A DNA stretch of 64,000 nucleotides from Calditrichales bacterium (GCA_965267575.1 OZ254086.1:1824001-1888000), one strand, 5' to 3'. Shown: positions 40,109 through 50,672, counted from the stretch's first letter. A program made the numbers and translations. The notes: generated by a model not told the origin, from the sequence alone.

Positions 40109-40864
40109 TTATCCGCAGAGCACGCTGCCGGCATTGATGTTCATTACCTCGCCGGTAATGGCCCGCGACTTATCCGATGCCAGAAAGGCGATGCCGTGGG
40201 CGATATCTTCCGCTTCCGGTATAAAACCCAGCGCCATCTTCTTTTTAAGTTTGGCTTCGTCTTTTTTCATTGTTTCCGCGGTCATGTCGGTTTTTACCCA
40301 GCCCGGCGCCACGCAGTTTATGCGGATGCCCAGATCGCCCAGTTCCGCGCACATGGATTTGCTGTAGCTGATAATCGCGCCTTTGGTGGCGGCATAATGC
40401 GCGTGGTAGGTTTCACCCACCTGCCCGGCCGTGGATGAAATATTAATGATCGAGCCTTTGATTTTGTGCTCCTTCATATGCCGGGCCAGCATGGTGGTAA
40501 AATAAAAGACGCTGTCCAGGTTTATCTGTACCATCTTGCGCCACTCGTCCACGGTAAACGTATCCAGGTGCGCTTCTTTCCAGATACCGGCGTTGTTAAC
40601 AAGTATGTCAATCTTTTCAAATTTGTCGACCACCTTATTGATAAACAGTTGCACTTCCTGGTAATCGCTTACATCGCACTCGGCAAAGAACACCGCGCCG
40701 GGGTAACGTTCGCACTCCTGCGAGAGCTGATCGGCTGCCCGGTAGTTTTTGTTGTAGTTAAAGGCCACATTCGCGCCAAGCTGCATAAACAATCGTACGC
40801 AAGCCGCACCAATACCGCGACTTCCGCCTGTTATCAGGACGTTCTTCCCGCTGAAGTCCAGCAT
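40109..40864 (-). CDS. SDR family oxidoreductase (FabG-like)
   Basis: TGGSRGIG, NNAG, YAATK, VAPG; ATG 40864 after aaggag. Confidence 0.92.
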   Translation of the reverse strand: MLDFSGKNVLITGGSRGIGAACVRLFMQLGANVAFNYNKNYRAADQLSQECERYPGAVFFAECDVSDYQEVQLFINKVVDKFEKIDILVNNAGIWKEAHLDTFTVDEWRKMVQINLDSVFYFTTMLARHMKEHKIKGSIINISSTAGQVGETYHAHYAATKGAIISYSKSMCAELGDLGIRINCVAPGWVKTDMTAETMKKDEAKLKKKMALGFIPEAEDIAHGIAFLASDKSRAITGEVMNINAGSVLCG

Positions 40865-41103
40865 ACATTCTCCTTTTGATAGGGTATAGGGCAAGAGTTA
40901 AAGTGGTCGCAACGGAATCGGCAGCCAACTCATTCCGTCATGGTAATGACTAACAAAATAAACTGACAAAATCAAATTGAAATCGGCAAAAATATTGTAG
41001 CGATTTTCGATTTAAAACAGCTATTATTGATATATGTCATTACGGCCATCTTCGGGAATTGGGATTTTGTTGACCTTTTTAACGCAAACACAGCGGGGGA
41101 ATT

Positions 41104-42129
41104 ATGCAATCCTTTAAGGAATCCGGCATCGAAGTTTTTTCAACCTGTCCGCAATCCAAGGACGTGGACCGGGAAAAGTATCTGCAAAACGTTAAAGACG
41201 TGGCGCGCTGGAGCGAACAGGCCGGTTGCCGGGGCATTCTGGTTTACACGGATAACGGGATTGTCGATCCCTGGCCGGTAGCCCAGGTCATCATCGAAAA
41301 TACAAACGAGCTGGCGCCGCTGATCGCCGTGCAGCCCGTGTACATGCATCCCTATACCGTGGCCAAAATGATATCCACGTTCGGCTACCTGCACAATCGC
41401 CGTGTTTACCTGAACATGGTGGCCGGCGGATTCAAAACCGATCTGCTGGCGCTGAACGATCAGACGCCGCACGACCAGCGCTACGAACGGCTGACCGAGT
41501 ACACGCAGATCATCATGCAACTGCTGCAGGCCCAAAAAGGCGTTACCTATAAAGGTGAATTTTACAAGGTGGAAAACCTGCGTATGACGCCGCCGCTGGC
41601 CGACGCGCTGCTGCCCGGTATCTTTGTCTCCGGATCGTCTCCGGCCGGTTTGGCCGCTGCCAAAGAGATGGGCGCAACGGCGGTGCAATACCCCAAACCG
41701 TACCAGGATTACAAGGATGATCCGCCCGATCCGGCGATGAATTGCGGCGTGCGCGTGGGCATCATTGCCCGCGACAGCCACGAGGAAGCCTGGAAAGTGG
41801 CACACGAACGTTTCCCCGGCGACCGGCAGGGTGAGATCGCTCACAAGCTGGCCATGAAAGTCTCCGACTCGCACTGGCACAAACAGCTTTCCGACATGGC
41901 CGACCAGACCGCATCCGGCGAAACGCCCTATTGGATGTATCCTTTCAAAAATTACAAAACATTCTGCCCCTACCTGGTTGGCAGTTATAAGGAAGTAGCC
42001 GATGAACTGGCCGGCTACATTTCCGTGGGCTACAAAACATTTATCCTCGATATCCCGCCCGACAAGGATGAGCTGAACTACATCAACACGGTGTTCAGCA
42101 TGGCGGCCAAAAAGGAGAAGGCTTCATGA
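41104..42129 (+). CDS. LLM-class flavin-dependent monooxygenase
   Basis: PLIAVQP, LNMVAGG, YKGEFY, VSGSSPAG, LVGSYKEVA. Confidence 0.88.
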   Translation: MQSFKESGIEVFSTCPQSKDVDREKYLQNVKDVARWSEQAGCRGILVYTDNGIVDPWPVAQVIIENTNELAPLIAVQPVYMHPYTVAKMISTFGYLHNRRVYLNMVAGGFKTDLLALNDQTPHDQRYERLTEYTQIIMQLLQAQKGVTYKGEFYKVENLRMTPPLADALLPGIFVSGSSPAGLAAAKEMGATAVQYPKPYQDYKDDPPDPAMNCGVRVGIIARDSHEEAWKVAHERFPGDRQGEIAHKLAMKVSDSHWHKQLSDMADQTASGETPYWMYPFKNYKTFCPYLVGSYKEVADELAGYISVGYKTFILDIPPDKDELNYINTVFSMAAKKEKAS

Positions 42130-43709
42130 GCAGATTGCTGCACAGCTGGGTAACGGAGCAAGCCCAAAAACAACCCGATGCCCCGGCCATAACCCTGAAA
42201 AACGAAACGCTTACCTACACCCAACTGGATAAACGCTCTTCGCGGATTGCCGCCCTGCTGATGCAGCATGGCTGCCAAAAAGGCGACCGCGTCGGCTTGT
42301 TGATGAACAAAGACATTACGGCGATCTGCGCCATAATCGGTGTATTGAAAGCGGGCGGCGCCTATGTGCCGCTGGACCCTTCGAGTCCGGCCAGCCGCCT
42401 GGAGCACATGCTGCTGTCGGCCGAGCCGCCGATCATACTTGCCGCCGGAAAGGTGGATAAAATTGTCAGCGAGATTTATGCCTCCGGCAAGAGCAGCGCC
42501 GGCATCGGCCTGCTGGATGAGGCGGCCGATAAAGTCGAATCCGATAAGGTGATGTTCCGCTCGGCTGACGTGGCCTCAGCCCTGGAAAAAATATCCGCTG
42601 AAGTCACGCCAGAAGATCTGGCTTATATACTTTTTACCTCCGGCTCAACCGGCGTACCCAAAGGTGTGGCGATCACCCACAGCAACGTGGCCCATTTTGT
42701 GGAGTGGGCCGTCGACTATTTCGGCATGGATGCGTCGGACAAAACCTCCGGATTTTTCCCGCTGCATTTTGACTTGAGTGTGTTTGACATTTTTTGCAGT
42801 TTTGCCGCGGGGGCGCATTTGCACATTGTGCCGGCAGAAGCCACTTTGCTGCCCAACAAACTGGCCGCTTTCATGCGCGACAGCGAATTGACGCAGTGGT
42901 TCAGTGTCCCGTCGATATTGAACTACATGGCCAAATTCGATGTTGTCAAACAGGACGACATGCCAAAGCTTAAACGTCTGCTGTGGTGCGGCGAAGTGTT
43001 TCCGACGCCGCCGCTGATCTACTGGATGAAAAAGCTGCCGCATGTGGCTTTTACCAATCTTTACGGGCCCACGGAGGCGACCATTGCCAGCAGTTATTAC
43101 ACACTGCCGCGGGTGCCCGCCGCCGAAACGGACCCCGTGCCGATCGGTATACCCTGCGCCGGCGAAGAGTTGGTGATCATGAACGGCGATTTGAAAGAAG
43201 TGCCGCGCGGTGAAACCGGCGATCTCTATATTAAGGGTGTCGGGCTGAGCCCGGGCTACTGGCGTGACAAGGACAAAACAGCCGCCGCCTTCCTGACCGA
43301 TCCGCAAACAGGGGAGAGGATTTACAAGACCGGCGATTTGGCCTATCTTGGGGATGACAACCTGATCTATTTCCTGGGCCGCGCGGATTCGCAAATTAAG
43401 AGCCGCGGCTACCGCATTGAATTAGGTGAAATTGAAACGGCCCTGAATGCGTTACGCGATCTTCGTGAGGTGGCCGTTGTGGCCGTGGACAGCGGAGGAT
43501 TTGAAGGCGCCACCATTTGCTGCGCTTATGCCGCGGTAGACAGCAAGGACGTGGAGCCCAAGCAGGTGCGCAAGGAGTTGCAGAAAAACCTGCCGTCGTA
43601 CATGATTCCAACGGAGTGGATGGTTTTGGATGTGCTGCCCAAAAACGTAAACGGCAAAATCGATCGTAAAAACCTGAGACAACAATTCGAGAAAAAACTG
43701 GAAAGCTAA
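42126..43709 (+). CDS. Stand-alone amino acid adenylation enzyme (DltA-like)
   Basis: YILFTSGSTGVPKG, FDLSV, WCGE, NLYGPTE, YKTGD, GYRIELGEIE, NGKIDR. Confidence 0.92.
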   Translation: MSRLLHSWVTEQAQKQPDAPAITLKNETLTYTQLDKRSSRIAALLMQHGCQKGDRVGLLMNKDITAICAIIGVLKAGGAYVPLDPSSPASRLEHMLLSAEPPIILAAGKVDKIVSEIYASGKSSAGIGLLDEAADKVESDKVMFRSADVASALEKISAEVTPEDLAYILFTSGSTGVPKGVAITHSNVAHFVEWAVDYFGMDASDKTSGFFPLHFDLSVFDIFCSFAAGAHLHIVPAEATLLPNKLAAFMRDSELTQWFSVPSILNYMAKFDVVKQDDMPKLKRLLWCGEVFPTPPLIYWMKKLPHVAFTNLYGPTEATIASSYYTLPRVPAAETDPVPIGIPCAGEELVIMNGDLKEVPRGETGDLYIKGVGLSPGYWRDKDKTAAAFLTDPQTGERIYKTGDLAYLGDDNLIYFLGRADSQIKSRGYRIELGEIETALNALRDLREVAVVAVDSGGFEGATICCAYAAVDSKDVEPKQVRKELQKNLPSYMIPTEWMVLDVLPKNVNGKIDRKNLRQQFEKKLES

Positions 43710-43711
43710 GC

Positions 43712-44821
43712 ATGTATCATTTTAAGCGTCTTGCTCTGTGGGTGTTGATTCTGGCAAATGTCGCCTGTTCCAATCCTGAAGAGGACATAAAAGAGATCAC
43801 CCTGCCGGAAGGATTTCGCATCGGCATTTTTGCTGAGGATGTAAAAGGCGCGCGTTCCATGACCCGCGGCGATGAAGGCACTATTTTTGTCGGCACGCGG
43901 CACTCCGGAAATGTCTATGCCCTGCAGGACACTGACGGCGACAACAAGATCGATAAGCAGTATACGCTGATGAGCGATCTGTTTATGCCCAATGGCGTTG
44001 CTTACCGTAACGGCGATCTCTACGTGGCCGAGGTGAATAAAGTCTGGCGCCTGCCGGATATTGAAAATTCCCTCGATAATCCCAATCCCGAATTGCTTTA
44101 TGACAACCTGCCCGATGAAAAAAGCCATGGCTGGAAATACATTGCCTTCGGGCCCGATGACAAGCTGTACATTCCCATCGGCGCGCCCTGCAATGTCTGC
44201 GAGCGCGACGACGAACGCTATGCTACCATTAACCGCATCAACCCCGATGGCAGCGGCTTTGAGATCTACGCCCGCGGTGTGCGCAACAGCGTCGGCTTTG
44301 ACTGGCACCCGGAAACCGGCGAGCTGTGGTTTACCGACAACGGCCGCGACTGGATGGGTGACGATATTCCGCCTGATGAATTGAACCACGCGCCGCAGCC
44401 CGGTCTTCATTTTGGATTTCCCTACTGGCATGGCAGCGGTGTAAAGGACCCCGAGTTTGGCGACAAGATGGCGCTGGAAGAAGTGACAAAGCCCGTGCAG
44501 GATTTGGGTCCGCATGTGGCGGCGCTGGGTATGAATTTTTATGATGGCGATATGTTTCCTCCGGAATACCGCCATCAGGTGTTTATTGCCGAGCACGGCT
44601 CCTGGAACCGCACCGAGCCCATTGGCTATCGCGTTACACTTGTGCGCCTGGATGATGAAGGCAACTCCCTGGGCTATGAAGTTTTTGCCGAGGGCTGGCT
44701 GAAAGAAGACGGCACGGTAATCGGCCGGCCGGTGGACGTTTTTGAAATGCCCGACGGGTCGCTGCTGGTTTCCGATGATTACGCCAGCCTGATCTACAGA
44801 ATCTGGTACGAAGGCAGCTGA
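43712..44821 (+). CDS. PQQ-dependent sugar/sorbosone dehydrogenase family lipoprotein
   Basis: Lipobox-like NVAC; GAPCNVC, GVRNSVG, DNGRD, HGSWNR, GRPVDV. Confidence 0.88.
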   Translation: MYHFKRLALWVLILANVACSNPEEDIKEITLPEGFRIGIFAEDVKGARSMTRGDEGTIFVGTRHSGNVYALQDTDGDNKIDKQYTLMSDLFMPNGVAYRNGDLYVAEVNKVWRLPDIENSLDNPNPELLYDNLPDEKSHGWKYIAFGPDDKLYIPIGAPCNVCERDDERYATINRINPDGSGFEIYARGVRNSVGFDWHPETGELWFTDNGRDWMGDDIPPDELNHAPQPGLHFGFPYWHGSGVKDPEFGDKMALEEVTKPVQDLGPHVAALGMNFYDGDMFPPEYRHQVFIAEHGSWNRTEPIGYRVTLVRLDDEGNSLGYEVFAEGWLKEDGTVIGRPVDVFEMPDGSLLVSDDYASLIYRIWYEGS

Positions 44822-45741
44822 TGGCGAAACGCCTTAATATACTTCTTGTGGCTGAGGAGTCGGCCGGCATTCAGATGCTGCGCGCCATTCAAAAGTCGGA
44901 TCATAACCTGGTGGCGGTGCTGGCTTCGGAAAAGAAAGCGCAGGGCAGCAGTGCCTCTGTGTGGGCCACCGCGCAAAAACTGGATGTGCGTCTTTGGTCC
45001 GCCAAAAATGTCAAACAGGCCGGGTTTGCCGAGACGCTGCGCGAAGAAGCGATCGACATTTTATTAAATGTACACTCACTTTACATCATTAACGAAGAGG
45101 TGCTGAAAGCGCCGCGCATCGGAGCCTTTAATATTCATCCCGGGCCGCTGCCGCACATGGCCGGGCTGAATGCGCCGAGCTGGGCCATTTACAAGGGTCA
45201 CAAAACCCACGCCGTCACCATTCACAAAATGGAGCCGGGCATCGATACGGGCGCCATCGTTTATCAGAAAAGTTTTCCAATTGGCGATCGTGATACGGGT
45301 TTAAGCGTCGCCCTGCAGTGCATCAGGGAAGGCCTGCCGCTTTTGCAAAAGCTGCTGGATACGGCGGCTGAAGATCCGCGGGCCATACCGGCGCAAAAGC
45401 AGGACCTGGATAAAAGAAACTACTACAGCAAACAGGTGCCGCAGGAGGGAAAAATCGATTGGAACAAGCCGGCAGGTGATGTCCACAACTTTATCCGCGC
45501 CTGCGATTACGCGCCGTTTCCCAGCCCCTGGGGCCATCCGCGGGTGGAGTGTGGCGGCACAGACGTAACGATTACGCAAAGCGCGCTTACGGGAAAAAGT
45601 TGTGATGCCGCCCCCGGCACAATCCTCCGTATGGATGAAAAAACAGTTGCTGCCTGCGCTGATGAGTGGCTGGAAATAAAAAAGGCGCAGCTTGACGGAA
45701 GAAAAATTGACCCGGCAGAGTTGCCGAATCTTTGTATTTAA
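44821..45741 (+). CDS. Formyltransferase (Fmt-like, N10-formyl-THF dependent)
   Basis: FNIHPGPLP, IDTG, IDWNK...IRA. Confidence 0.88.
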   Translation: MAKRLNILLVAEESAGIQMLRAIQKSDHNLVAVLASEKKAQGSSASVWATAQKLDVRLWSAKNVKQAGFAETLREEAIDILLNVHSLYIINEEVLKAPRIGAFNIHPGPLPHMAGLNAPSWAIYKGHKTHAVTIHKMEPGIDTGAIVYQKSFPIGDRDTGLSVALQCIREGLPLLQKLLDTAAEDPRAIPAQKQDLDKRNYYSKQVPQEGKIDWNKPAGDVHNFIRACDYAPFPSPWGHPRVECGGTDVTITQSALTGKSCDAAPGTILRMDEKTVAACADEWLEIKKAQLDGRKIDPAELPNLCI

Positions 45742-45767
45742 TCTGAAAGACTAAGCGGGAGACAGGA

Positions 45768-46019
45768 ATGTCATCTATACAAGATGAGATTATTCAGTTT
45801 TTTGATGAAGAACTGAATATCGGAGTGCCTTCGGTAGACACGGACCTGGTTGAAGAGGGGCTTCTGGATTCACTGACGTTTGTGCAGTTGCTGTTCCATT
45901 TCGAGCAGCAGTATGGCATTGAGATGGATCTTGATGAGCTGGAAATCGATACATTGCGCTCCGTGGAACGTATCGCCAATTTTTTGATGTCGCAGGACGG
46001 CATGCACCGCGCCGGCTGA
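45768..46019 (+). CDS. Carrier protein (DltC-like)
   Basis: DLVEEGLLDSL phosphopantetheine site; acidic 83 aa. Confidence 0.9.
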   Translation: MSSIQDEIIQFFDEELNIGVPSVDTDLVEEGLLDSLTFVQLLFHFEQQYGIEMDLDELEIDTLRSVERIANFLMSQDGMHRAG

Positions 46020-46041
46020 ACCGAAGAATGAGGAAGAGAGA

Positions 46042-47148
46042 ATGACAAGCTATCCGAAAAATATTCGCCCGTTTAAAGAAGCGGACCTTGATGCCGTTTG
46101 CGATTTGTACCAGAAGATTCAGCGTGATCCAAAGCAGAAGGCGCCGGCAGGACTGCGCAGTGATTTCAAAAGCTATTTTCTGGATAATGTCTGGAGCGAT
46201 CCGGAGATACCGTCTCTTGTTTATGAAGAGAACGGGAAAATTATTGGATTTATTGGCAGCCACGTGCGGCCTTTGCAGTACAACGGCAAGCGTGTCCGCG
46301 CGGCCTACAGCGGCCAGCTTGTGAGTGATCCGCAGGGTCGTGCCCGTGCCGCCGGCGCCTTCCTGATGAAGGCTTACATCGAAGGCCCGCAGGATATAAC
46401 GATGACCGATGGAGCCACCGCCGCCGTGGCCCAGATCTGGACGCAACTCGGTGGTGATATCGCGCATGCCCGCTGCCTGCGCTGGACCCGGATACTAAGG
46501 CCCACGCGCTTTTTCAGCAGCAAGCTGGGCGAGCGTAACATGCTGGCGGTATCAGCGGCGCTTAAGCCTTTCAGCACCCTGCTCGATCCCATTGCCGGCA
46601 AGCTGATGAGCAGCGAATACAAACCGTCTGCAAAAAAACAATCCGATGAAAAGCTTACCGTAAAAACCTGGCTGGAAAACGTTGACAGTATTTATCCGGC
46701 GTCGCAGCTCAAGGGTAATTATTCTGAGGACCAGTTGAGCTGGTTGCTGGAAAAGGTCAGCGCGCTGGTTTCCCGCGGACGTTTTGAGGAGCACGTTGTG
46801 CGCGATGAAAAAGAACGCGTAATAGGCTGGTTTATGTATTTTCTGGCCGACGATGGTCAGGCCCAGGTTTTGCAGATCGCCGCGAAACCAAAACTGCAGA
46901 AGGCGGTGCTGGAGGATTTGTTTAATCATGCCTATCAGCGCGGATGCGTGGCCCTTCAGGGGCGCGTAGAGCCCTCTTTTATGCAGTCGCTGGATGACGT
47001 GGGCTGTATGTTCCGCTATTGGGGACCGTCCACCCTCGTGCACAGCCGCGATCCCGAGTTGCTTTTAGCCTACCAGAGCGGTCACGATTTCCTCACCCGC
47101 CTTGACGGTGAGTGGTGGATGGCCTTTCACCGTGATGAATACCGCTAG
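46042..47148 (+). CDS. GNAT-fold acyltransferase
   Basis: IRPFKEADL, GKIIGFIG, LVSDPQGRARAAG; length fits tandem GNAT domains. Confidence 0.7.
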   Translation: MTSYPKNIRPFKEADLDAVCDLYQKIQRDPKQKAPAGLRSDFKSYFLDNVWSDPEIPSLVYEENGKIIGFIGSHVRPLQYNGKRVRAAYSGQLVSDPQGRARAAGAFLMKAYIEGPQDITMTDGATAAVAQIWTQLGGDIAHARCLRWTRILRPTRFFSSKLGERNMLAVSAALKPFSTLLDPIAGKLMSSEYKPSAKKQSDEKLTVKTWLENVDSIYPASQLKGNYSEDQLSWLLEKVSALVSRGRFEEHVVRDEKERVIGWFMYFLADDGQAQVLQIAAKPKLQKAVLEDLFNHAYQRGCVALQGRVEPSFMQSLDDVGCMFRYWGPSTLVHSRDPELLLAYQSGHDFLTRLDGEWWMAFHRDEYR

Positions 47149-47366
47149 TTGAATTTGGAACTGGGAATTGGGGAATTAAGAATTGCGCATTTGAGATTCC
47201 TGTTTTTGACTGCGCTAAACCGACCGACATATCCCTTGCCCGTTTGGCGTTGGCGAATTGTTGGCTACGGGCAAAATTCTTCATACTTTCATTTTTTGTT
47301 AAACGATTAAAAACCTTTTTCCTTAACTTTCTCCGTATTTGGTCTGTCCCGTAAAAAAGTAAAATT

Positions 47367-49106
47367 ATGAACAAGAAGAACCTTATTAATGTGTTGGAGG
47401 ATATCGCCGTAATGCTCGAGTTGAAAGGCGAGAATCCGTTTAAGTCAATTGCGTATACCAATGCCGCCCGCGCCCTCGAGCAGGCCGAAGGCGACGTTTT
47501 AGAGATGATCCGCAACGGCGATATCAGCAAGCTGAAGGGAGTTGGTGATGCTATCTCCAAAAAGCTGCAAACGCTCGTCACGGAAGGACGCCTGCCTTAT
47601 TATGAAGACCTGAAAGAACAGTTTCCGCCGGGCTTGCTTGATATGTTGGAAATTCCCGGAATGGGGCCTAAAAAGGTAAAGATGCTGTTTGAGGACATGC
47701 ACATCGATACGATTGAAAAGCTGGAGAAAGCCGCTAAAGAGGACAAATTGAGCGAGCTGGAAGGGTTTGGTAAAAAGACGCAGCAGAAGATTTTGCAGGG
47801 TATCGAGCAGTACCGCAAATACAGCGCCCGTTTTCGCCTCAGCGTAGCCCTTGACGAAGCACAGAAAATTTTGCCTTACCTCAAAAAGAATAAAAAGATT
47901 AAGCGAATTGAAGTGGCCGGCAGTCTGCGGCGTTATAAGGAATCGGCCAAAGATATTGATATCGTTGCTTCCTGCTCGCCGGATGATCGTGAACAGGTAA
48001 TGGACTATTTTTGCGATTTTGAAGATAAAAAAAGAATCATCGGCCACGGGGAAACCAAGTCCAGTATTTTGCTTTTTTCCGGGATGGGCTGCGATCTGCG
48101 GCTGGTCGATGACGATGAATTTCCCTATGCGCTGCACCATTTTACCGGCAGCCGTGAGCATAACACCGCCATGCGCGGACGGGCCAAAAAAATGAATCTG
48201 ACGATGAACGAATACGGCTTGTTCAAAAAAGATGACAGCCGCCTGGATTGTAAGGACGAGAGTGAAATTTTTGCGGCACTGAAACTTTCATACATTCCGC
48301 CGGAGCTGCGCGAGGACATGGGTGAGATTGATGCGGCGGAAAACGACTCCCTGCCGGAGCTTGTTACGGAAGCTGACATCCAGGGCATTTTGCATGCCCA
48401 TTCCACATGGAGCGACGGAGCGGAGTCAATTAAAACGATGGCTGAAGAGGTTCGTTCGCGGGGTTACAGCTATCTGGGTATTAGCGATCACAGTAAATCG
48501 GTTATTTACGCCAACGGCCTGAATGAAGACCGTGTGAAACGTCAGCAGGAAGAGATCGATAAGCTGAATGAGGAGATGCACGGTTTCAGAATATTTAAAG
48601 GCATTGAGGTCGATATCCTGCAAAAAGGCAAGCTGGACTATGATGACAAAACGCTGGAATCCTTCGATTTTGTGATTGCCGCCGTGCATCAACCCTATAA
48701 TTTATCGGAAAAAGAGCAGACAGAACGTATCTGCGAAGCATTGCGACATCCGGCCGTAAGCATGCTGGCGCACCCCACCGGCCGCCTGATACTCAGCCGC
48801 GAGGGCTATGCCGTTGATATGGCCAAAGTTCTTGAGTGCGCGGCAAAAGAGGGCAAGGCCGTTGAAATAAACGCCCATCCCAAGAGGCTTGATCTGGACT
48901 GGCGCTGGGGACGCCTGGCGCGCGACCTGGGCCTGATGACATCTGTGAATCCCGATGCCCATAAAATTGAACATCTGGAATACGTCAAGCTGGGCGTGGG
49001 CATTGCCCGTAAGGGATGGTTTGGAGCGGACAAAGTGCTTAACACACGAAAAAGTGCCGAACTTGAAAAATGGTTTAAGAATGCACACTCTGGAAAAAAG
49101 AGCTGA
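47367..49106 (+). CDS. polX: DNA polymerase X with PHP domain
   Basis: GENPFK, AGSLRR, DID, HFTGS, LHAHSTWSDG, SDHS, NPDAH. Confidence 0.95.
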   Translation: MNKKNLINVLEDIAVMLELKGENPFKSIAYTNAARALEQAEGDVLEMIRNGDISKLKGVGDAISKKLQTLVTEGRLPYYEDLKEQFPPGLLDMLEIPGMGPKKVKMLFEDMHIDTIEKLEKAAKEDKLSELEGFGKKTQQKILQGIEQYRKYSARFRLSVALDEAQKILPYLKKNKKIKRIEVAGSLRRYKESAKDIDIVASCSPDDREQVMDYFCDFEDKKRIIGHGETKSSILLFSGMGCDLRLVDDDEFPYALHHFTGSREHNTAMRGRAKKMNLTMNEYGLFKKDDSRLDCKDESEIFAALKLSYIPPELREDMGEIDAAENDSLPELVTEADIQGILHAHSTWSDGAESIKTMAEEVRSRGYSYLGISDHSKSVIYANGLNEDRVKRQQEEIDKLNEEMHGFRIFKGIEVDILQKGKLDYDDKTLESFDFVIAAVHQPYNLSEKEQTERICEALRHPAVSMLAHPTGRLILSREGYAVDMAKVLECAAKEGKAVEINAHPKRLDLDWRWGRLARDLGLMTSVNPDAHKIEHLEYVKLGVGIARKGWFGADKVLNTRKSAELEKWFKNAHSGKKS

Positions 49107-49160
49107 TTTAGCTTATCTTTCATAGCTGTTTTTGATCTAACTCCCCGGAGGGAAAATACT

Positions 49161-50213
49161 ATGGCTTATACGATTGCAGTGGATGCGATGGGTGGCGATC
49201 ATGCGCCCCATGAAGTGGTAAAGGGTGTTGTGGAAGCCTTGAATGAAGAACCGGATTTGCGTGTCATCCTCGTAGGTGACGAGAAGGCTATTCGCCGGGA
49301 ACTTGCCGCCAACAATTACTCCGATGATCGCGTGGATATTGTTCATACCGATCAATCTGTTCCCATGGATGCTTCACCTAAGCCGGCGCTGGAGCAACAT
49401 CCCAACGCGTCTATTGTCCTGGCGATGAAGCAGGTGAACAGCGGTACGGCCATGGCCTGCGTGAGTGCCGGTAACACGGGCGCTACCGTTCTTGCGGCAG
49501 CACAGAATCTGCAGATGATTGAGGGGCTGGAACGTTCCGCGCTGGCTGCGATTTATCCCACCGCCAAGTTCACCCCCGAGAGCCGCGGTCACGCGCTTAT
49601 GCTCGATGTAGGCGCGACAATCAAGTGCAACGCCAAGCAGCTTGTCCACTTTGCCATTATGGGCCATTACTACATGCAAAAGATTATGGGTATTGATGCG
49701 CCGCGCCTGGGTTTGCTTAACAACGGTGAAGAAGCAAGCAAGGGCGGACCGGTTCTTACCCAGACCTACAAATACCTCAAAGAGATCAAGATGATCAACT
49801 TTGCCGGAAACGCTGAAGGCAAGGACATTCCCAAAGGCACCTTTGATATTATTGTCTGCGAAGGATTTGTAGGCAACGTGGTGTTGAAGCTTTTGGAAGG
49901 CGTGGCTGAGGTGGTCAAGGACACCGGCAAATACGCCTTTAAAAAGAAGTTTACCTGGAAAATCGGTTTGGCCCTCTTGCGCCAGGGTGTTCACAAGCTG
50001 AAAACAAAAACGGATTATTCAGAATATGGCGGCGCACCAATTCTGGGCTTTAACAAGATTGTTATCAAGGCCCACGGGCGCTCCAACGCCAAGGCCGTAA
50101 AAAATGCGGTTAAAGTGGCTCTGCGCGCCGTGAAACAAGACATCATCACGCAGATATCGGGCTCTATACATAAGTTTAATGAAGAGCACCAGATTGATTT
50201 TGTGGAAGTATAG
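49161..50213 (+). CDS. plsX: Phosphate acyltransferase
   Basis: IAVDAMGGDHAP, SAGNTGA, LDVGA, GFVGNVVLK, YGGAPILG, KAHGRS. Confidence 0.95.
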   Translation: MAYTIAVDAMGGDHAPHEVVKGVVEALNEEPDLRVILVGDEKAIRRELAANNYSDDRVDIVHTDQSVPMDASPKPALEQHPNASIVLAMKQVNSGTAMACVSAGNTGATVLAAAQNLQMIEGLERSALAAIYPTAKFTPESRGHALMLDVGATIKCNAKQLVHFAIMGHYYMQKIMGIDAPRLGLLNNGEEASKGGPVLTQTYKYLKEIKMINFAGNAEGKDIPKGTFDIIVCEGFVGNVVLKLLEGVAEVVKDTGKYAFKKKFTWKIGLALLRQGVHKLKTKTDYSEYGGAPILGFNKIVIKAHGRSNAKAVKNAVKVALRAVKQDIITQISGSIHKFNEEHQIDFVEV

Positions 50214-50276
50214 GGGTGTAACTCTTACGGAAGCTTTGCATCTTATAGTTTTTTACGATTAAGGGAATTTGAATTT

Positions 50277-50672
50277 ATGAGTAAAACCACGCTTATCTGG
50301 ATTGCTGTAATAGGGGCGGCGCTGTTGTTTTTTTACGCGCGCAATTATTTTCAGGATGCCTCGCTGCCCTCAGTGACGGCCGAAGAAGTGCAGCAACGCC
50401 TGGGCAAAAAAGATTCTACGATGTTTTTCCTCGATGTGCGGACGCCGGGTGAATTCAACGGGCCGCTTGGACACATAAAAGGCGCCAAACTGATCCCGGT
50501 GCAGGAGCTGGCCGGGCGTGTTGACGAACTGTCCAAATATAAAAACAAGGAAGTGATCGTTTATTGCCGTAGTGGTAATCGCAGCCGCTCTGCAACACGG
50601 CTTCTGCTGGAAAACGGTTTTGACGCTAAAAATATGTTGGGCGGGATGCGCGCCTGGAATAAAGAGAAATAG
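50277..50672 (+). CDS. Membrane-anchored rhodanese-like protein
   Basis: LDVRTPGEF, GHIKGA, YCRSGNRS, GGMRAW. Confidence 0.92.
   Translation: MSKTTLIWIAVIGAALLFFYARNYFQDASLPSVTAEEVQQRLGKKDSTMFFLDVRTPGEFNGPLGHIKGAKLIPVQELAGRVDELSKYKNKEVIVYCRSGNRSRSATRLLLENGFDAKNMLGGMRAWNKEK

Noticed and set aside
40895-40950. Riboswitch in the hairpin acggaat...attccgt between divergent genes
   Set aside because: No recognisable aptamer consensus; an Rfam covariance search would be needed
42126-46019. Canonical dlt operon, or fmt for initiator tRNA
   Set aside because: No DltB/DltD; the formyltransferase has HPGPLP, lacks the N-terminal FMGTP motif of Fmt and sits in a biosynthetic context
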